Below, piece by piece: positions 1 through 11,137 of a stretch of DNA of 64,000 bases (position 1 is the first letter of the stretch; every line of letters starts with the position of its first letter). The notes below the pieces were generated by a model. That model had not been told where the DNA came from. It searched no databases and worked only from the letters and a program-made list of their open reading frames with translations. This DNA comes from Nitrospirota bacterium. Lineage in GTDB: Bacteria; Nitrospirota; Thermodesulfovibrionia; Thermodesulfovibrionales; Dissulfurispiraceae. The stretch is taken from assembly GCA_040758355.1 (NCBI GenBank), contig JBFLWF010000012.1, positions 1 to 64,000 of the forward strand. Reading direction: 5' to 3'. A program made the translations under genes and the position numbers.

Positions 1-91
1 CTCATCTAAAGGCCTCCATATGGAATTAAGATGAGATATTTTAACAGGATTTGCGGTAAAAGAAAATCAGAATATACTCGCAGAACCTTGA

Positions 92-1162
<1,071 letters not shown>

Positions 1163-1176
1163 AGTTCCAACTACAG

Positions 1177-1201
1177 AGGACGGCGTTAAAAACGCCGTCC
1201 T
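1177..1201. terminator. Hairpin between convergent ilvC and brnA, probable terminator
   Basis: Perfect 11-bp inverted repeat AGGACGGCGTT-aaa-AACGCCGTCCT; weak U-tail. Confidence 0.6.
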
Positions 1202-1208
1202 AAGCAAA

Positions 1209-1472
1209 TTACTTTATCACTGCTTTTTCCTGTTTTACACGCTCGTGGAGCCAGACCTTTATTAATGCTCCTCTGTCAACACCTATCCGCTGTCGTATAT
1301 CGTCTATCTCATTTACCAGAGACTCGGCTATATCCAGTGTTAACCGCACCTTTTTGCCATGACGGATAATCTTTGCCTTTGACATATCTATCAAGTCATG
1401 TATGTCCTCGCCAGAATCAAATCGTCTGTCAAATTCAGTTGTGCTTTTAGCCAATTTCTTCTTCTTTGCCAT
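1209..1472 (-). CDS. Type II TA antitoxin, BrnA/CopG-like
   Basis: EFDRRFDSGEDI N-terminus and RHH-like C-terminus (GVDRGALIKVWL); overlaps a BrnT-like toxin gene. Confidence 0.8.
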   Translation of the reverse strand: MAKKKKLAKSTTEFDRRFDSGEDIHDLIDMSKAKIIRHGKKVRLTLDIAESLVNEIDDIRQRIGVDRGALIKVWLHERVKQEKAVIK

Positions 1473-1722
1473 ATAACTCGGTCTCCTTTCTTCTTGATCT
1501 CCTCACAGAAATTATTCTAATGGCATCGCTCCTCATTGTATATACGGCAGTCCATAGTTTGCCACGAAGTTCAGCAATTATGATGCTTCTTTTCTCCACG
1601 GGGTGAGGGGCATCAATCTCTATCCTATGCTCATCAATCCAGAGGTCCTTTGCCGTCTCAAAATCGATGCCATGTTTTTCCTTGTTTGCCTTGCTCTTGG
1701 CAGCGTCCCACTCGAATTTCAT
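1447..1722 (-). CDS. Type II TA toxin, BrnT family
   Basis: MKFEWDAAKSKANKEKHGIDF...IRIISVRRSR, typical BrnT signature. Confidence 0.9.
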   Translation of the reverse strand: MKFEWDAAKSKANKEKHGIDFETAKDLWIDEHRIEIDAPHPVEKRSIIIAELRGKLWTAVYTMRSDAIRIISVRRSRRKETELYGKEEEIG

Positions 1723-1815
1723 AAATTAATTATACAATATTTGATTAAATTCTGGACAAAATAAAATTTCTAATCGTTATTGCTCAATATCTTGGGTTTA
1801 ATGTTATAATCTTTC

Positions 1816-2445
1816 ATGTTTAAACTTGCACCGGAAGGTTATCCATTTATCATATTTTTCTCTGTATTAACCATTATCTCATTCTTCATAACAGGCGCGA
1901 CATGGGTAGCCCTTTTACCGTTCATTCTTACGCTCTTTATGCTGTACTTCTTCAGAGACCCCGAAAGGATTGCACCTGAAGGAGATAATATCTTTGTGTC
2001 ACCTGCCGATGGTAAGGTCATATTGATAAAAAATGTTCGGGAAGATCAGCGTCTAAAAAGCGATGCCATTGAAGTCAGCATCTTCATGTCTCCTCTGAAT
2101 GTCCATGTTAACAGGGCGCCATGCGATGGGGTCGTGGAATCAGTAGTTCATACATCTGGAAAATTTCTGTCCGCCTTTAAACATGAGGCATCTTTGCAGA
2201 ATGAAAACATCGCCATGTTGCTTAATACAAAGCACGGCAAGGTGCTTGTCCGTCAGGTTGCTGGATTTGTTGCACGGAGGGCTGTATGCAGGGTCAAACC
2301 CGGTGACACCTTAAAAAAGGGACAGCGGTACGGAATAATTAAATTCAGTTCGAGGCTGGATGTCTATCTGCCAAAAGATGCCGATATTAAAGTTAAGCTG
2401 GGGGATAAGGTAAAAGCTGGGGAGACAATAATCGGAACAAAGTAA
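1816..2445 (+). CDS. psd: Phosphatidylserine decarboxylase proenzyme (PSD-A type)
   Basis: FFRDPER, SPADG, IFMSPLNVHVNRAP, KFSSR cleavage motif; adjacent to pssA. Confidence 0.93.
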   Translation: MFKLAPEGYPFIIFFSVLTIISFFITGATWVALLPFILTLFMLYFFRDPERIAPEGDNIFVSPADGKVILIKNVREDQRLKSDAIEVSIFMSPLNVHVNRAPCDGVVESVVHTSGKFLSAFKHEASLQNENIAMLLNTKHGKVLVRQVAGFVARRAVCRVKPGDTLKKGQRYGIIKFSSRLDVYLPKDADIKVKLGDKVKAGETIIGTK

Positions 2446-2462
2446 TGGTATAATAGTTTAGA

Positions 2463-3242
2463 ATGACGCCAAAACATAAGAGAGAGGAAAGAAAGCCCAA
2501 AAAGGGCGTATATCTTCTGCCCAACACCATAACCCTCTGCGGCATGTTTGCCGGCTTCTTTGCAATCCTGTCTGCTATAAACGGCAATTTTCTCAATGCA
2601 GCGTGGGCAATAGTAATTGCAAACATATTTGACGGCCTTGACGGATGGATTGCGAGGCTCACAAATACATCCACGAGATTCGGAATAGAGCTTGATTCCC
2701 TCTCTGACCTTGTGGCCTTTGGTGTTGCTCCATCTCTAATGATGTATAAATGGTCCCTTGCTCCATTCGGCAGAGTGGGATGGGCAGCAGCATTTTTATT
2801 TGTTGCATGCGGAGCTTTAAGGCTTGCGAGATTCAATATACAGACAGGCTCCCCTGGTTCAAAGGCATTCAAAGGTATGCCTATACCTGGTGCTGCAACT
2901 ATTTTAGCATCTGTGGTTATATTCTATTATGAATTCTGGACAGGGATTCCTGAAAAAAATATCTTTTTCCCGATCATTACAATCCTGCTTTCTTTATTGA
3001 TGGTAAGCACCCTTCGCTATCATGGCCTTAAGGAGATAGATTTCAGGGAGAGGAAGCCCTTCTGGGTATTGATTGTGTTTGTTTTAGTGCTCTTTGTCCT
3101 GTTCGTGCATCCTTCAACAGCAATATTCATCTTTGCAATGGCATACCTCCTTTGGGGTATAATTGAGAATGCATTTCTTTTTGCAAAGAGGAGAAAATTA
3201 AAGCACTTAGAGCAGGCATCTTCGGAAGGACATAGAGAATAA
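2463..3242 (+). CDS. pssA: CDP-diacylglycerol--serine O-phosphatidyltransferase
   Basis: DGLDGWIARLTNTSTRFGIELDSLSD CDP-alcohol phosphotransferase motif; ALRLARFN. Confidence 0.95.
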   Translation: MTPKHKREERKPKKGVYLLPNTITLCGMFAGFFAILSAINGNFLNAAWAIVIANIFDGLDGWIARLTNTSTRFGIELDSLSDLVAFGVAPSLMMYKWSLAPFGRVGWAAAFLFVACGALRLARFNIQTGSPGSKAFKGMPIPGAATILASVVIFYYEFWTGIPEKNIFFPIITILLSLLMVSTLRYHGLKEIDFRERKPFWVLIVFVLVLFVLFVHPSTAIFIFAMAYLLWGIIENAFLFAKRRKLKHLEQASSEGHRE

Positions 3243-3245
3243 AAA

Positions 3246-4754
3246 ATGAGAATAATTAAAATATTCGATACAACACTGAGAGATGGCGAACAGTCACCCG
3301 GCGCATCCATGAATGTGGATGAAAAAATTCAGGTGGCAAAACAGCTCGTGAAGTTGGGCGTGGATATTATAGAGGCAGGGTTTCCCATTGCATCGCCAGG
3401 AGACTTTGAAGCAGTCAAAAGGGTTGCAACAGATGTAAAAGGCGCTACCATTGCAGGCCTCGCAAGGGCAAGGAACGAAGATATCGACAGGGCAGGAGAG
3501 GCATTGAAGCCTGCCGAGTCAAAAAGAATCCATACATTCATAGCCACTTCAGACATACATCTGCAGCATAAATTAAGGATGTCGAGGGAGGCTGTTATCG
3601 AGGCTGCCATTAATGCCGTAAAAAGGGCACGGCAGTATACGGATGATGTAGAGTTTTCGGCAGAGGATGCTACAAGGTCTGATTGGGACTATCTCTGCAA
3701 AATAATAGAAGAGGTTATAAAAGCAGGCGCAGGAACGGTTAATATCCCCGATACCGTAGGTTACACAGTGCCGCAGGAATACGGAGAACTCATGGAATAT
3801 TTGATGAACAATGTTCCCAATATCGATAAAGCGGTAATCTCTGTGCACTGCCATAATGACCTTGGCCTTGCTGTTGCCAACTCCCTTACTGCAATCCTTA
3901 AGGGCGCAGGACAGGTGGAGTGCACCATCAACGGCATTGGCGAAAGGGCAGGAAATGCGTCTATGGAAGAGATTGTGATGGCATTGAAGACAAGGCCGAA
4001 GTTTTACAACGCAGACACAAAGATAGTGACACAGGAGATATACAAGACAAGCCGCCTTGTTTCAAAGATAACAGGAATGGTTGTCCAGCCTAACAAGGCA
4101 ATAGTGGGTGAAAATGCCTTTGCCCATGAGGCAGGAATACACCAGGACGGCCTGCTCAAGGAGAGGTCAACATACGAGATTATGAAGCCGGAGGATGTTG
4201 GAATCCCGAAATCAAAGCTCGTCCTCGGAAAACATTCGGGAAGGCATGCATTCAAGGCGCGCCTTCAGGAGCTTGGATATGATCTGACAGAGGAAGAACT
4301 CAATCGTGCATTTGAAAAATTCAAGCACCTTGCAGACCAGAAAAAATATATATTCGATGAGGATATAGAAACACTTGTCTCGGAAGAGGTGTCAAAGACG
4401 CCCGAGATATACAGCCTCGTTGACCTGTCGATTACAAGCGGCGTTAATGTAAAGCCTACAGCAGCCCTTAAGCTGAGGGTCAACGACAATATTGTCGAAA
4501 AAATGGAGCATGGCGACGGCCCTGTTGATGCTGTCTATAAGGCTATTGCGTCCCTTACCAATACAAAAAGCAATCTTCTGAAATTCGAGGTAAAAAGCGT
4601 AACCGGCGGAATGGACGCACTCGGAGAGGTAGTCGTTTCCCTTGAAGAGGACGGCCGTACAGTAAGGGGACATGGGGCTGATACAGACATAATCGTTGCC
4701 GCTGCAAAGGCGTATATTAACGCTTTGAACAAACTCGCCGCAAGGAAGAGATAA
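3246..4754 (+). CDS. leuA: 2-isopropylmalate synthase
   Basis: [38 protein letters not shown]-terminal GDGPVDA regulatory domain. Confidence 0.96.
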   Translation: MRIIKIFDTTLRDGEQSPGASMNVDEKIQVAKQLVKLGVDIIEAGFPIASPGDFEAVKRVATDVKGATIAGLARARNEDIDRAGEALKPAESKRIHTFIATSDIHLQHKLRMSREAVIEAAINAVKRARQYTDDVEFSAEDATRSDWDYLCKIIEEVIKAGAGTVNIPDTVGYTVPQEYGELMEYLMNNVPNIDKAVISVHCHNDLGLAVANSLTAILKGAGQVECTINGIGERAGNASMEEIVMALKTRPKFYNADTKIVTQEIYKTSRLVSKITGMVVQPNKAIVGENAFAHEAGIHQDGLLKERSTYEIMKPEDVGIPKSKLVLGKHSGRHAFKARLQELGYDLTEEELNRAFEKFKHLADQKKYIFDEDIETLVSEEVSKTPEIYSLVDLSITSGVNVKPTAALKLRVNDNIVEKMEHGDGPVDAVYKAIASLTNTKSNLLKFEVKSVTGGMDALGEVVVSLEEDGRTVRGHGADTDIIVAAAKAYINALNKLAARKR

Positions 4755-4781
4755 GTTTCTTTCCAGAGCTTCAGTGCCTCA

Positions 4782-6977
4782 TCATGCCTCCTTTTGTTTG
4801 TTTCTGAACTCATTCCATGAACTGCAGAATCCTTCCATGGACTTTTCGGCACCTTTAAGGAACTCTATCCTCGCTTCTATCGTTTCCATCGAGTGTTTCA
4901 GTTCGCTGATTATGCCGTCAAAGATCGATTTATAGCTATTGATACCCCTCTCCATCTCCTCTGATACATCATTGCTTAAGGCATCGAGATGCATGTCTAT
5001 ATGGGACAATAATTCCGTATTTTGCTCGGATATCCATTTTTGCATGGACTCCTCCAGATTTTTCTTGATCAAAAAAAGCGCCTTTTTCAGTTTTATATCA
5101 TCGAATTTAAATCCTCCTGTCCTCTGGTTTATCTTTCCAAAAGAAAGTATCAACAATAATGCGCCCATTAAACCCCTCTTCCTCGAAAGTCTGCCCTTAA
5201 AAAGGTGGGGGTAGAATGTGCTGTCAAATTTCAGGGCTATCCGAGGGAAGTCAAAACTACTGAAAGATGGCTGGAGTTTAGGCAGTGCTATATGTATATT
5301 CTGACTCTCCGCATCTTTCACATACTCATTATATTCCATTACCTTTGACTGCATTAGTCTGTTTTGTTCCTGAACGGCCTTTTCCTTTTCGGATATATCG
5401 CTGTTTATATACTTTTCATACTTGCCCATTACCTGGAGATAGTTTTTCTCCACCGAACCCCTTTTTATTTCACCGGATATCTCATCAACTGCACGCAGAT
5501 TATTGCCGTTTTGCAATAAAATCAGTTCATCGTTGGAAAGGGATGTCAGAACCTTTGTCAATCGCTTCATAATATTGTTTATATTCCCGTTGATTATGAG
5601 CAGCATGGACTTATGGGCAAGGTTAATATCCCTTTCCATGCTGCCCGTATCTTTGGCAAATGCAGCCCTTTCCTTCATTGCTCCGGTGACTTCCTCATAA
5701 AATTGCCTTATGCCGGACATCTCCTTCTCAAGCTGTTCCCTCTTCTCCCCGAGTTTTACTATCTGACTGGAAATAGTGTCCTTTGTTCCTGCAAGCCTCC
5801 GATCTATGAGGGACACCTTTTGTTTAAACATTTCGATAGATGCCTTTTCCACTGCAATATAGTTTATGTATTTTATGAGCTGCTCAACCCCGCTTTTTTC
5901 CATGAGGGTTTTCAGGGTTGCCCCCTCCCTGCCGTGAAACCACAATAGATTTCTTATCTGGCTGTCGATGAAAGACAGGGTTGTCATCTCTTCCATTCCC
6001 TGATACCGCTTCAGAGAGGCATTCAGGCATTCGCGCAGCATGTATCCATCATCTGTATCCAGACCCGCACATTCCTTGATGCGGAGTGCCTTCTGCGAGT
6101 AAAAATACTGCAGTGCCGAAATGCCCAGTACGATAAATCCCCTGTAGCCCAATCCCTTTAGTTTAGAACGCAGAAAATCTATAAACCGCACTGCAGACTT
6201 CTTCTCTTCGCTCAAATACATGAGGTCCAGTTTATTGACTACGACTATAAAGGAGTAGATCTTGTTGTGCTCCTCAAATGCGGCCTTTATATCCCTGAAG
6301 AAATCCTCCTCGCTCTTTGTGAGGTGTTTTGCATAATCCACGATAAAAACCACCACATCTGCTTCTCCGATCCATTTGTAAGCAACTCTTTTATGGTCGC
6401 TTCCTGCCAGATCAGGACCAGGAGTATCTATAATCGTATAGCTGCACAGGCTATCGGCATTGGGCACATAGCGGATCTCCATATCATCGAGGATATAGCC
6501 GCTCTTTTTATCGGCATGTGCACTTCTGAATTCATCGAGGATGTATTCCTTTATTTCGGATGGATTCTTAAAAATCATCTGCTGGTCATGATAATTCAAC
6601 GATATGGTGCTGTCTACGCTCTTTCTGTATATGCAGGAATTGAATGTGGGAAGCTCGGCACTGGCAGGAGCATACTCCTCGCCAAGGAGGCAATTCACTA
6701 TTACGCTCTTGCCTGATTTTTTCAAAGCCATAATGGCCACCTTCAGGTCTTTTCCGTGTATATCCACGAGCATATCCCCGATATCGGACAGGGTCTTTAT
6801 AACAATATCCCTGTCTTCTTTAATTGCCCGGTTGCTCTGCTTAAGACTTATCTGCTCTTTTGCCTTCTCCAGATTCCCCTTTAAGTCATCGAATATCTCA
6901 CCGAAAAACTCCATTTCCCTTCTATCGGACTCTTCATTCTTGAGCATTACTTCCATGTCTATATCGAGATAGAGCAT
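4782..6977 (-). CDS. Bacterial dynamin-like GTPase with coiled-coil C-terminus (start uncertain)
   Basis: G1-like ALKKSGKS, G2 LPT, G3 DTPG, G4 NKLD, G5 ISA; long helical C-half with a hydrophobic paddle-like segment (GLMGALLLILSFG). Confidence 0.8.
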   Translation of the reverse strand: MLYLDIDMEVMLKNEESDRREMEFFGEIFDDLKGNLEKAKEQISLKQSNRAIKEDRDIVIKTLSDIGDMLVDIHGKDLKVAIMALKKSGKSVIVNCLLGEEYAPASAELPTFNSCIYRKSVDSTISLNYHDQQMIFKNPSEIKEYILDEFRSAHADKKSGYILDDMEIRYVPNADSLCSYTIIDTPGPDLAGSDHKRVAYKWIGEADVVVFIVDYAKHLTKSEEDFFRDIKAAFEEHNKIYSFIVVVNKLDLMYLSEEKKSAVRFIDFLRSKLKGLGYRGFIVLGISALQYFYSQKALRIKECAGLDTDDGYMLRECLNASLKRYQGMEEMTTLSFIDSQIRNLLWFHGREGATLKTLMEKSGVEQLIKYINYIAVEKASIEMFKQKVSLIDRRLAGTKDTISSQIVKLGEKREQLEKEMSGIRQFYEEVTGAMKERAAFAKDTGSMERDINLAHKSMLLIINGNINNIMKRLTKVLTSLSNDELILLQNGNNLRAVDEISGEIKRGSVEKNYLQVMGKYEKYINSDISEKEKAVQEQNRLMQSKVMEYNEYVKDAESQNIHIALPKLQPSFSSFDFPRIALKFDSTFYPHLFKGRLSRKRGLMGALLLILSFGKINQRTGGFKFDDIKLKKALFLIKKNLEESMQKWISEQNTELLSHIDMHLDALSNDVSEEMERGINSYKSIFDGIISELKHSMETIEARIEFLKGAEKSMEGFCSSWNEFRNKQKEA

Positions 6978-7155
6978 CTGCTGGATCTTTTCTGGGTATA
7001 CAGCGCTCCTTTTATTTTAAGGACATCCATATCTTATCCCCCGGCTATCGATTTCAATTATACTATACCCTAAAAAGACAGAAAACGGACTATGGATATA
7101 ACTAACCTTAATCCGTAACCAAGAAAAGCAGGCACAGCTTCAAAGCCTTTATCAA

Positions 7156-7198
7156 ATCCAGCGATAAGGATAGGAGAAATTTATCCTTATCGCTGGAT
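7156..7198. repeat. Short hairpin, internally deleted relative of the 9292-9472 element
   Basis: Perfect 17-bp IR ATCCAGCGATAAGGATA / TATCCTTATCGCTGGAT; TCAAATCCAGCGATAAGGAT occurs at both 7152 and 9285. Confidence 0.85.
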
Positions 7199-7314
7199 AT
7201 CGGTAAATGTTTCTTTATGGATTTAGCACCTGACCACTGGCTACCGGCTGCTAAAATAGGATATAATAATTTTTAAAAATCTTATGCGGGAACGATTAAC
7301 TTTCAGGAGGATAC

Positions 7315-8574
7315 ATGACTATTACCGAGAAGATACTTGCTGCGCATTCCGGGAAGAAGGAAATCTCTGCCGGCGAATTAATAAATGCAAGGGTTGACCT
7401 CATCCTTGCAAATGACATTACCGCCCCAATTGCAATACAGGAATTCAAGAAAATAGGGGCGAAGGATGTCTTTGATAAAAATAAAGTAGCTTTTATTCCA
7501 GACCATTTCACACCTCAGAAGGATATAAAGGCTGCAGAACAATGCAAACTGCTCAGGGATTTTTCAAAGGATTACCATCTCGGTCTCTATTTTGAAATAG
7601 GAAGGATGGGTGTTGAACATGCATTACTGCCTGAACAGGGCATTGTCGTTCCCGGAGATTTGGTCATCGGCGCTGACAGCCATACATGCACATACGGGGC
7701 ACTTGGTGCATTTGCAACAGGCGTCGGCTCAACAGATGTGGCTGCTGCTATGGCAACAGGCGAATGCTGGTTCAAAGTCCCGGAATCCATGAAATTCATT
7801 TACTATGGAAAGCTCAATAAATGGGTTGGAGGCAAGGATTTAATCCTTCATACCATAGGAGATATAGGAGTTGACGGTGCATTATACAGGGCAATGGAAT
7901 TTGAAGGAGAGACAATAAGAAACCTTCCAATGTACGGAAGGCTCACCATGTGCAACATGGCAATAGAGGCTGGAGGCAAAAGCGGCATAATCGTTCCTGA
8001 CAGCATAACAGAGGAATATGTGAAAGGCAGGGCTAAAAGGCCTTATAAATTTTACACATCTGACTCCAATGCAAATTATGTGGAGACTAAAGAATACGAC
8101 TGCTCAAAGATACCTTTAACAGTTTCATGCCCTCATCTTCCTTCAAATACAAGACCTGCGGCCGAATTATTCGAAATCGCCATAGACCAGGTAGTTGTCG
8201 GCTCATGCACAAATGGAAGGCTCGAAGATTTAAGGGAGGCAGCACAAATTATTAAAGGCAGAAAGGTGAATCCAAATGTGAGGATGATAGTCATCCCTGC
8301 AACACAGCAGATATACAAGCAGGCAATGAACGAAGGGCTTCTCGATATATTCATAGATGCAGAGGCGGTTGTCTCAACACCAACATGCGGGCCATGCCTC
8401 GGCGGACACATGGGAATCCTTGCAAAAGGAGAAAGGGCGCTGGCAACAACAAACAGGAATTTTGTGGGAAGAATGGGACATCCCGAAAGCGAAGTGTATC
8501 TATCAAACCCGGCAGTTGCAGCGGCAACCGCCGTGCTCGGAAGAATAGGCGTGCCGGAGGAATTGGGGCTGTAA
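7315..8574 (+). CDS. leuC: 3-isopropylmalate dehydratase large subunit (LeuC type 2/HacA-like)
   Basis: [23 protein letters not shown] aconitase-family Fe-S motifs, [19 protein letters not shown]. Confidence 0.93.
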   Translation: MTITEKILAAHSGKKEISAGELINARVDLILANDITAPIAIQEFKKIGAKDVFDKNKVAFIPDHFTPQKDIKAAEQCKLLRDFSKDYHLGLYFEIGRMGVEHALLPEQGIVVPGDLVIGADSHTCTYGALGAFATGVGSTDVAAAMATGECWFKVPESMKFIYYGKLNKWVGGKDLILHTIGDIGVDGALYRAMEFEGETIRNLPMYGRLTMCNMAIEAGGKSGIIVPDSITEEYVKGRAKRPYKFYTSDSNANYVETKEYDCSKIPLTVSCPHLPSNTRPAAELFEIAIDQVVVGSCTNGRLEDLREAAQIIKGRKVNPNVRMIVIPATQQIYKQAMNEGLLDIFIDAEAVVSTPTCGPCLGGHMGILAKGERALATTNRNFVGRMGHPESEVYLSNPAVAAATAVLGRIGVPEELGL

Positions 8575-9032
8575 TGTCGCCTGAAGAAAAACTCAAGGAA
8601 TTGGGCATTATACTTTCTGAGGCTCCAAAACCCCTCGGCTCTTATGTGCCGTGCGTTCAGACAGGCAATCTCCTGTTTCTAAGCGGAATGCTTCCATTGA
8701 AAGACGGCAAACTAATTAAGACGGGAAAGCTCGGAGAATCGGTGTCAATTGAAGAAGCGCAGGAAGATGCTCGGCAGTGCGTTATCAATGCGCTTTCAGT
8801 CCTAAAATCCCATCTTGGAAGTCTCGATAAAATCAAGCGATGCATAAAATTAAACGGCTATGTCGCATCATCGCAAGACTTTACAGAACAGCCGAAGGTC
8901 TTAAATGCCGCATCTGATTTGTTATTCGAAATCTTTGGCGAGGCAGGCAGACATGCAAGGGCAGCAGTCGGCGTCTCCGTGCTTCCTCTAAACTCGCCTA
9001 TAGAGATAGATTTTATTTTTGAAGTGATTTAA
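8574..9032 (+). CDS. RidA/YjgF family protein
   Basis: PLGSYVP, LFLSGMLP, NAASDL, GRHARAAVGV..LP; ATG overlaps the leuC stop (TAATG). Confidence 0.88.
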   Translation: MSPEEKLKELGIILSEAPKPLGSYVPCVQTGNLLFLSGMLPLKDGKLIKTGKLGESVSIEEAQEDARQCVINALSVLKSHLGSLDKIKRCIKLNGYVASSQDFTEQPKVLNAASDLLFEIFGEAGRHARAAVGVSVLPLNSPIEIDFIFEVI

Positions 9033-9256
9033 ATCAAACCAAGCTCTTTTAACTGTTTCACCATCTCATCGAATTCGGTACGAAATCTGTATCCAAGCGC
9101 AACTATGGCCTCATACGGTTCCATCGATGCAGTTGGGTCGGCTAAAGACAAATACTTATCGAATACTGCATTAAAGGCATTTCTTTTTGGGATCACAAAG
9201 TAATTGTCCTCAAAGGCAGCAGAAATTTTAAAGGCAATATCTTCTATCTCCGGCAT
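9029..9256 (-). CDS. Hypothetical protein (75 aa)
   Basis: ORF with AGGAGGAAGG RBS and protein-like composition. Confidence 0.7.
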   Translation of the reverse strand: MPEIEDIAFKISAAFEDNYFVIPKRNAFNAVFDKYLSLADPTASMEPYEAIVALGYRFRTEFDEMVKQLKELGLI

Positions 9257-9291
9257 TTTCCCTTCCTCCTTTGTTTAATCTATCTCAAATC

Positions 9292-9472
9292 CAGCGATAA
9301 GGATGGGGCTCTGGAGTGAATAGCTATGTTTTGGCAACAATTCTTTGCGACTGGAGCGTTAAACAGCCGCAAGTGTTTGAACCCGAAGGGTGAGTTTTGC
9401 GGCTGTAGCGCAAGGAGCATTAGAATTGTCAAAATATAGCTATTGAACGAAAGAGACTCATCCTTATCGCTG
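9292..9472 (+). repeat. ~180-nt long imperfect hairpin element (MITE/REP-like or structured RNA)
   Basis: Nested arms CAGCGATAAGGAT/ATCCTTATCGCTG, AATAGCTATGTTTTGGCAA/TTGTCAAAATATAGCTATT, ACAGCCGCAAG/TTTGCGGCTGT; apical ACCC-GAA-GGGT. Confidence 0.85.
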
Positions 9473-9484
9473 ATTCTCGTTCTA

Positions 9485-11137
9485 TTATACACTCATAGCC
9501 TCTAAATACTCACTCCATAGTTTCTCTTTCGATATACCTGTATCTATAAAATCCCACGGCAGGTTTTCATTAAAGTCTTTTTTTCTGAATATATAAAAGT
9601 CCATATCTACCCCCGCATGGGAACACGCCATTTTATAGTCATCCGTCTTAACCATTTCCTTTAAAACCCTAAATATCCTCCTGTCCCCCATAGAAAAAAG
9701 CCCCTGCATATGCGCATACTTTGGAACATCATGAAAGACCTTGACACCCCTCTCATCCCTCAATGCCGTTTTAATAAACTTCAGCTTCTCCTTCACAGAA
9801 TCAAGCCTCTCCATAGGATGCCATTGAAATGGAGTAAACGGCTTTGGAACAAATGTACTGATGCTCAATATTATATTTCCCTTGTTCGAAATTCTCCTCA
9901 CTTTTTTTACAATCTCAACAATCCCTGAGACGTCTTCATCCGTCTCTGTTGGAAGCCCGATTATGAAATAAAGCCTCAGATTCTCTATGCCTGCATTTAA
10001 TATGAGTTTCGATGTGTCAAGTATATCCTTCTCTGTAATCTTTTTATTGACAACTCTTCTCATCCTCTCTGTTCCTGCTTCAGGTGCAATGGACACACTC
10101 TTGTGCCCCTTGAGAAGCTCAACAAGTTCTGCGCTCTTTGCACTTGCACGCAAAGATGTTATGGAAAAATCGACGCCTTCAATGCACAGAACATCTTTGA
10201 TATGTGCATAATCTGTAAGGGAAGGCCCGATTAACCCTATTTTCGGAGTAATCTCCTTTGCCCTTTCTATTTCCACTGTAATGGTATCCAGATCCTTTTT
10301 CCGTGTAGGGGTGTAAATATGCCCCACAAGACAGAATCTGCATTTCCACGGGCATCCCCTCATAGCCTCGACAAGATACATCTCTGAAAATTCGGCTTCA
10401 GGGGTGATGATTGTGGTTGTTATAGGAGAAACGGATAAGTCTTTAATGTATCTCCTCTTTATCTTTTCAGGTGCATTATTAATGGGAACCCTTTTTAATA
10501 TTGTTCCGTCATTGTCGTAATCAGTCTGATAAAATTCAGGAATATAAAGACCTTCAATATTTAATAGGTCTTTTTTCATTTCATCCCTTGACCCTTGACC
10601 CCCATGGGTCTTCGACTTGACCCTTAACCTCTCCAGAAACTCATTCAGCGATTCCTCTGCCTCGCCAATAAAGATAACATCAAAGATTGGAGCTATGGGC
10701 TCTGGATTGAAGAAACAGCAAACTCCCCCTGCAATCAGGAGTGGATGATATTCGTTTCTTTCTGATGAACCGAACGGAATTTTAGCAATATCGAGTATCT
10801 TTAAAATATTCGGATAGTCATTTTCAAAGGAAATGGAGAAGGCAACTATATCGAATCTGTTTAACGGCCTCTTTGATTCATAAGAAAAGATTGGTGTCTC
10901 TGTCCTTATATATTCTTCGATGTCTCTTTCATCAGGCAGAAATGCCCTCTCGCATACAACATCATCCCTCTTATTGAGAAGGCCGTAAATGCCCTGAAAT
11001 CCTAAGTTCGACATGCCTACATGATATGTATTGGGATAAACGAGGCATATATTTATCTTCCCGCCGGGGTCTTTAAAGATAGTGCCTTTCTCTTTTGAAA
11101 GAAGGGCGTCAACTTTTTCGATTAGCTTACGGTTCAC
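9485..11137 (-). CDS. Radical SAM protein (YPNTYHVGMSNLG-type, TIGR03960-like)
   Basis: CxxxCxxC (RGCPWKCRFC), APEAGTERMR, YFIIGLPTE, FVPKPFTPFQW; start overlaps the ftsZ stop. Confidence 0.88.
   Translation of the reverse strand: MNRKLIEKVDALLSKEKGTIFKDPGGKINICLVYPNTYHVGMSNLGFQGIYGLLNKRDDVVCERAFLPDERDIEEYIRTETPIFSYESKRPLNRFDIVAFSISFENDYPNILKILDIAKIPFGSSERNEYHPLLIAGGVCCFFNPEPIAPIFDVIFIGEAEESLNEFLERLRVKSKTHGGQGSRDEMKKDLLNIEGLYIPEFYQTDYDNDGTILKRVPINNAPEKIKRRYIKDLSVSPITTTIITPEAEFSEMYLVEAMRGCPWKCRFCLVGHIYTPTRKKDLDTITVEIERAKEITPKIGLIGPSLTDYAHIKDVLCIEGVDFSITSLRASAKSAELVELLKGHKSVSIAPEAGTERMRRVVNKKITEKDILDTSKLILNAGIENLRLYFIIGLPTETDEDVSGIVEIVKKVRRISNKGNIILSISTFVPKPFTPFQWHPMERLDSVKEKLKFIKTALRDERGVKVFHDVPKYAHMQGLFSMGDRRIFRVLKEMVKTDDYKMACSHAGVDMDFYIFRKKDFNENLPWDFIDTGISKEKLWSEYLEAMSV

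Noticed and set aside
8385..8573. Long N-terminal extension of the RidA ORF; similar extensions at 54970-55101, 49012-49071, 52142-52198 and 31379-31498
   Set aside because: They overlap upstream genes in another frame; better starts with an RBS or stop-start coupling lie downstream
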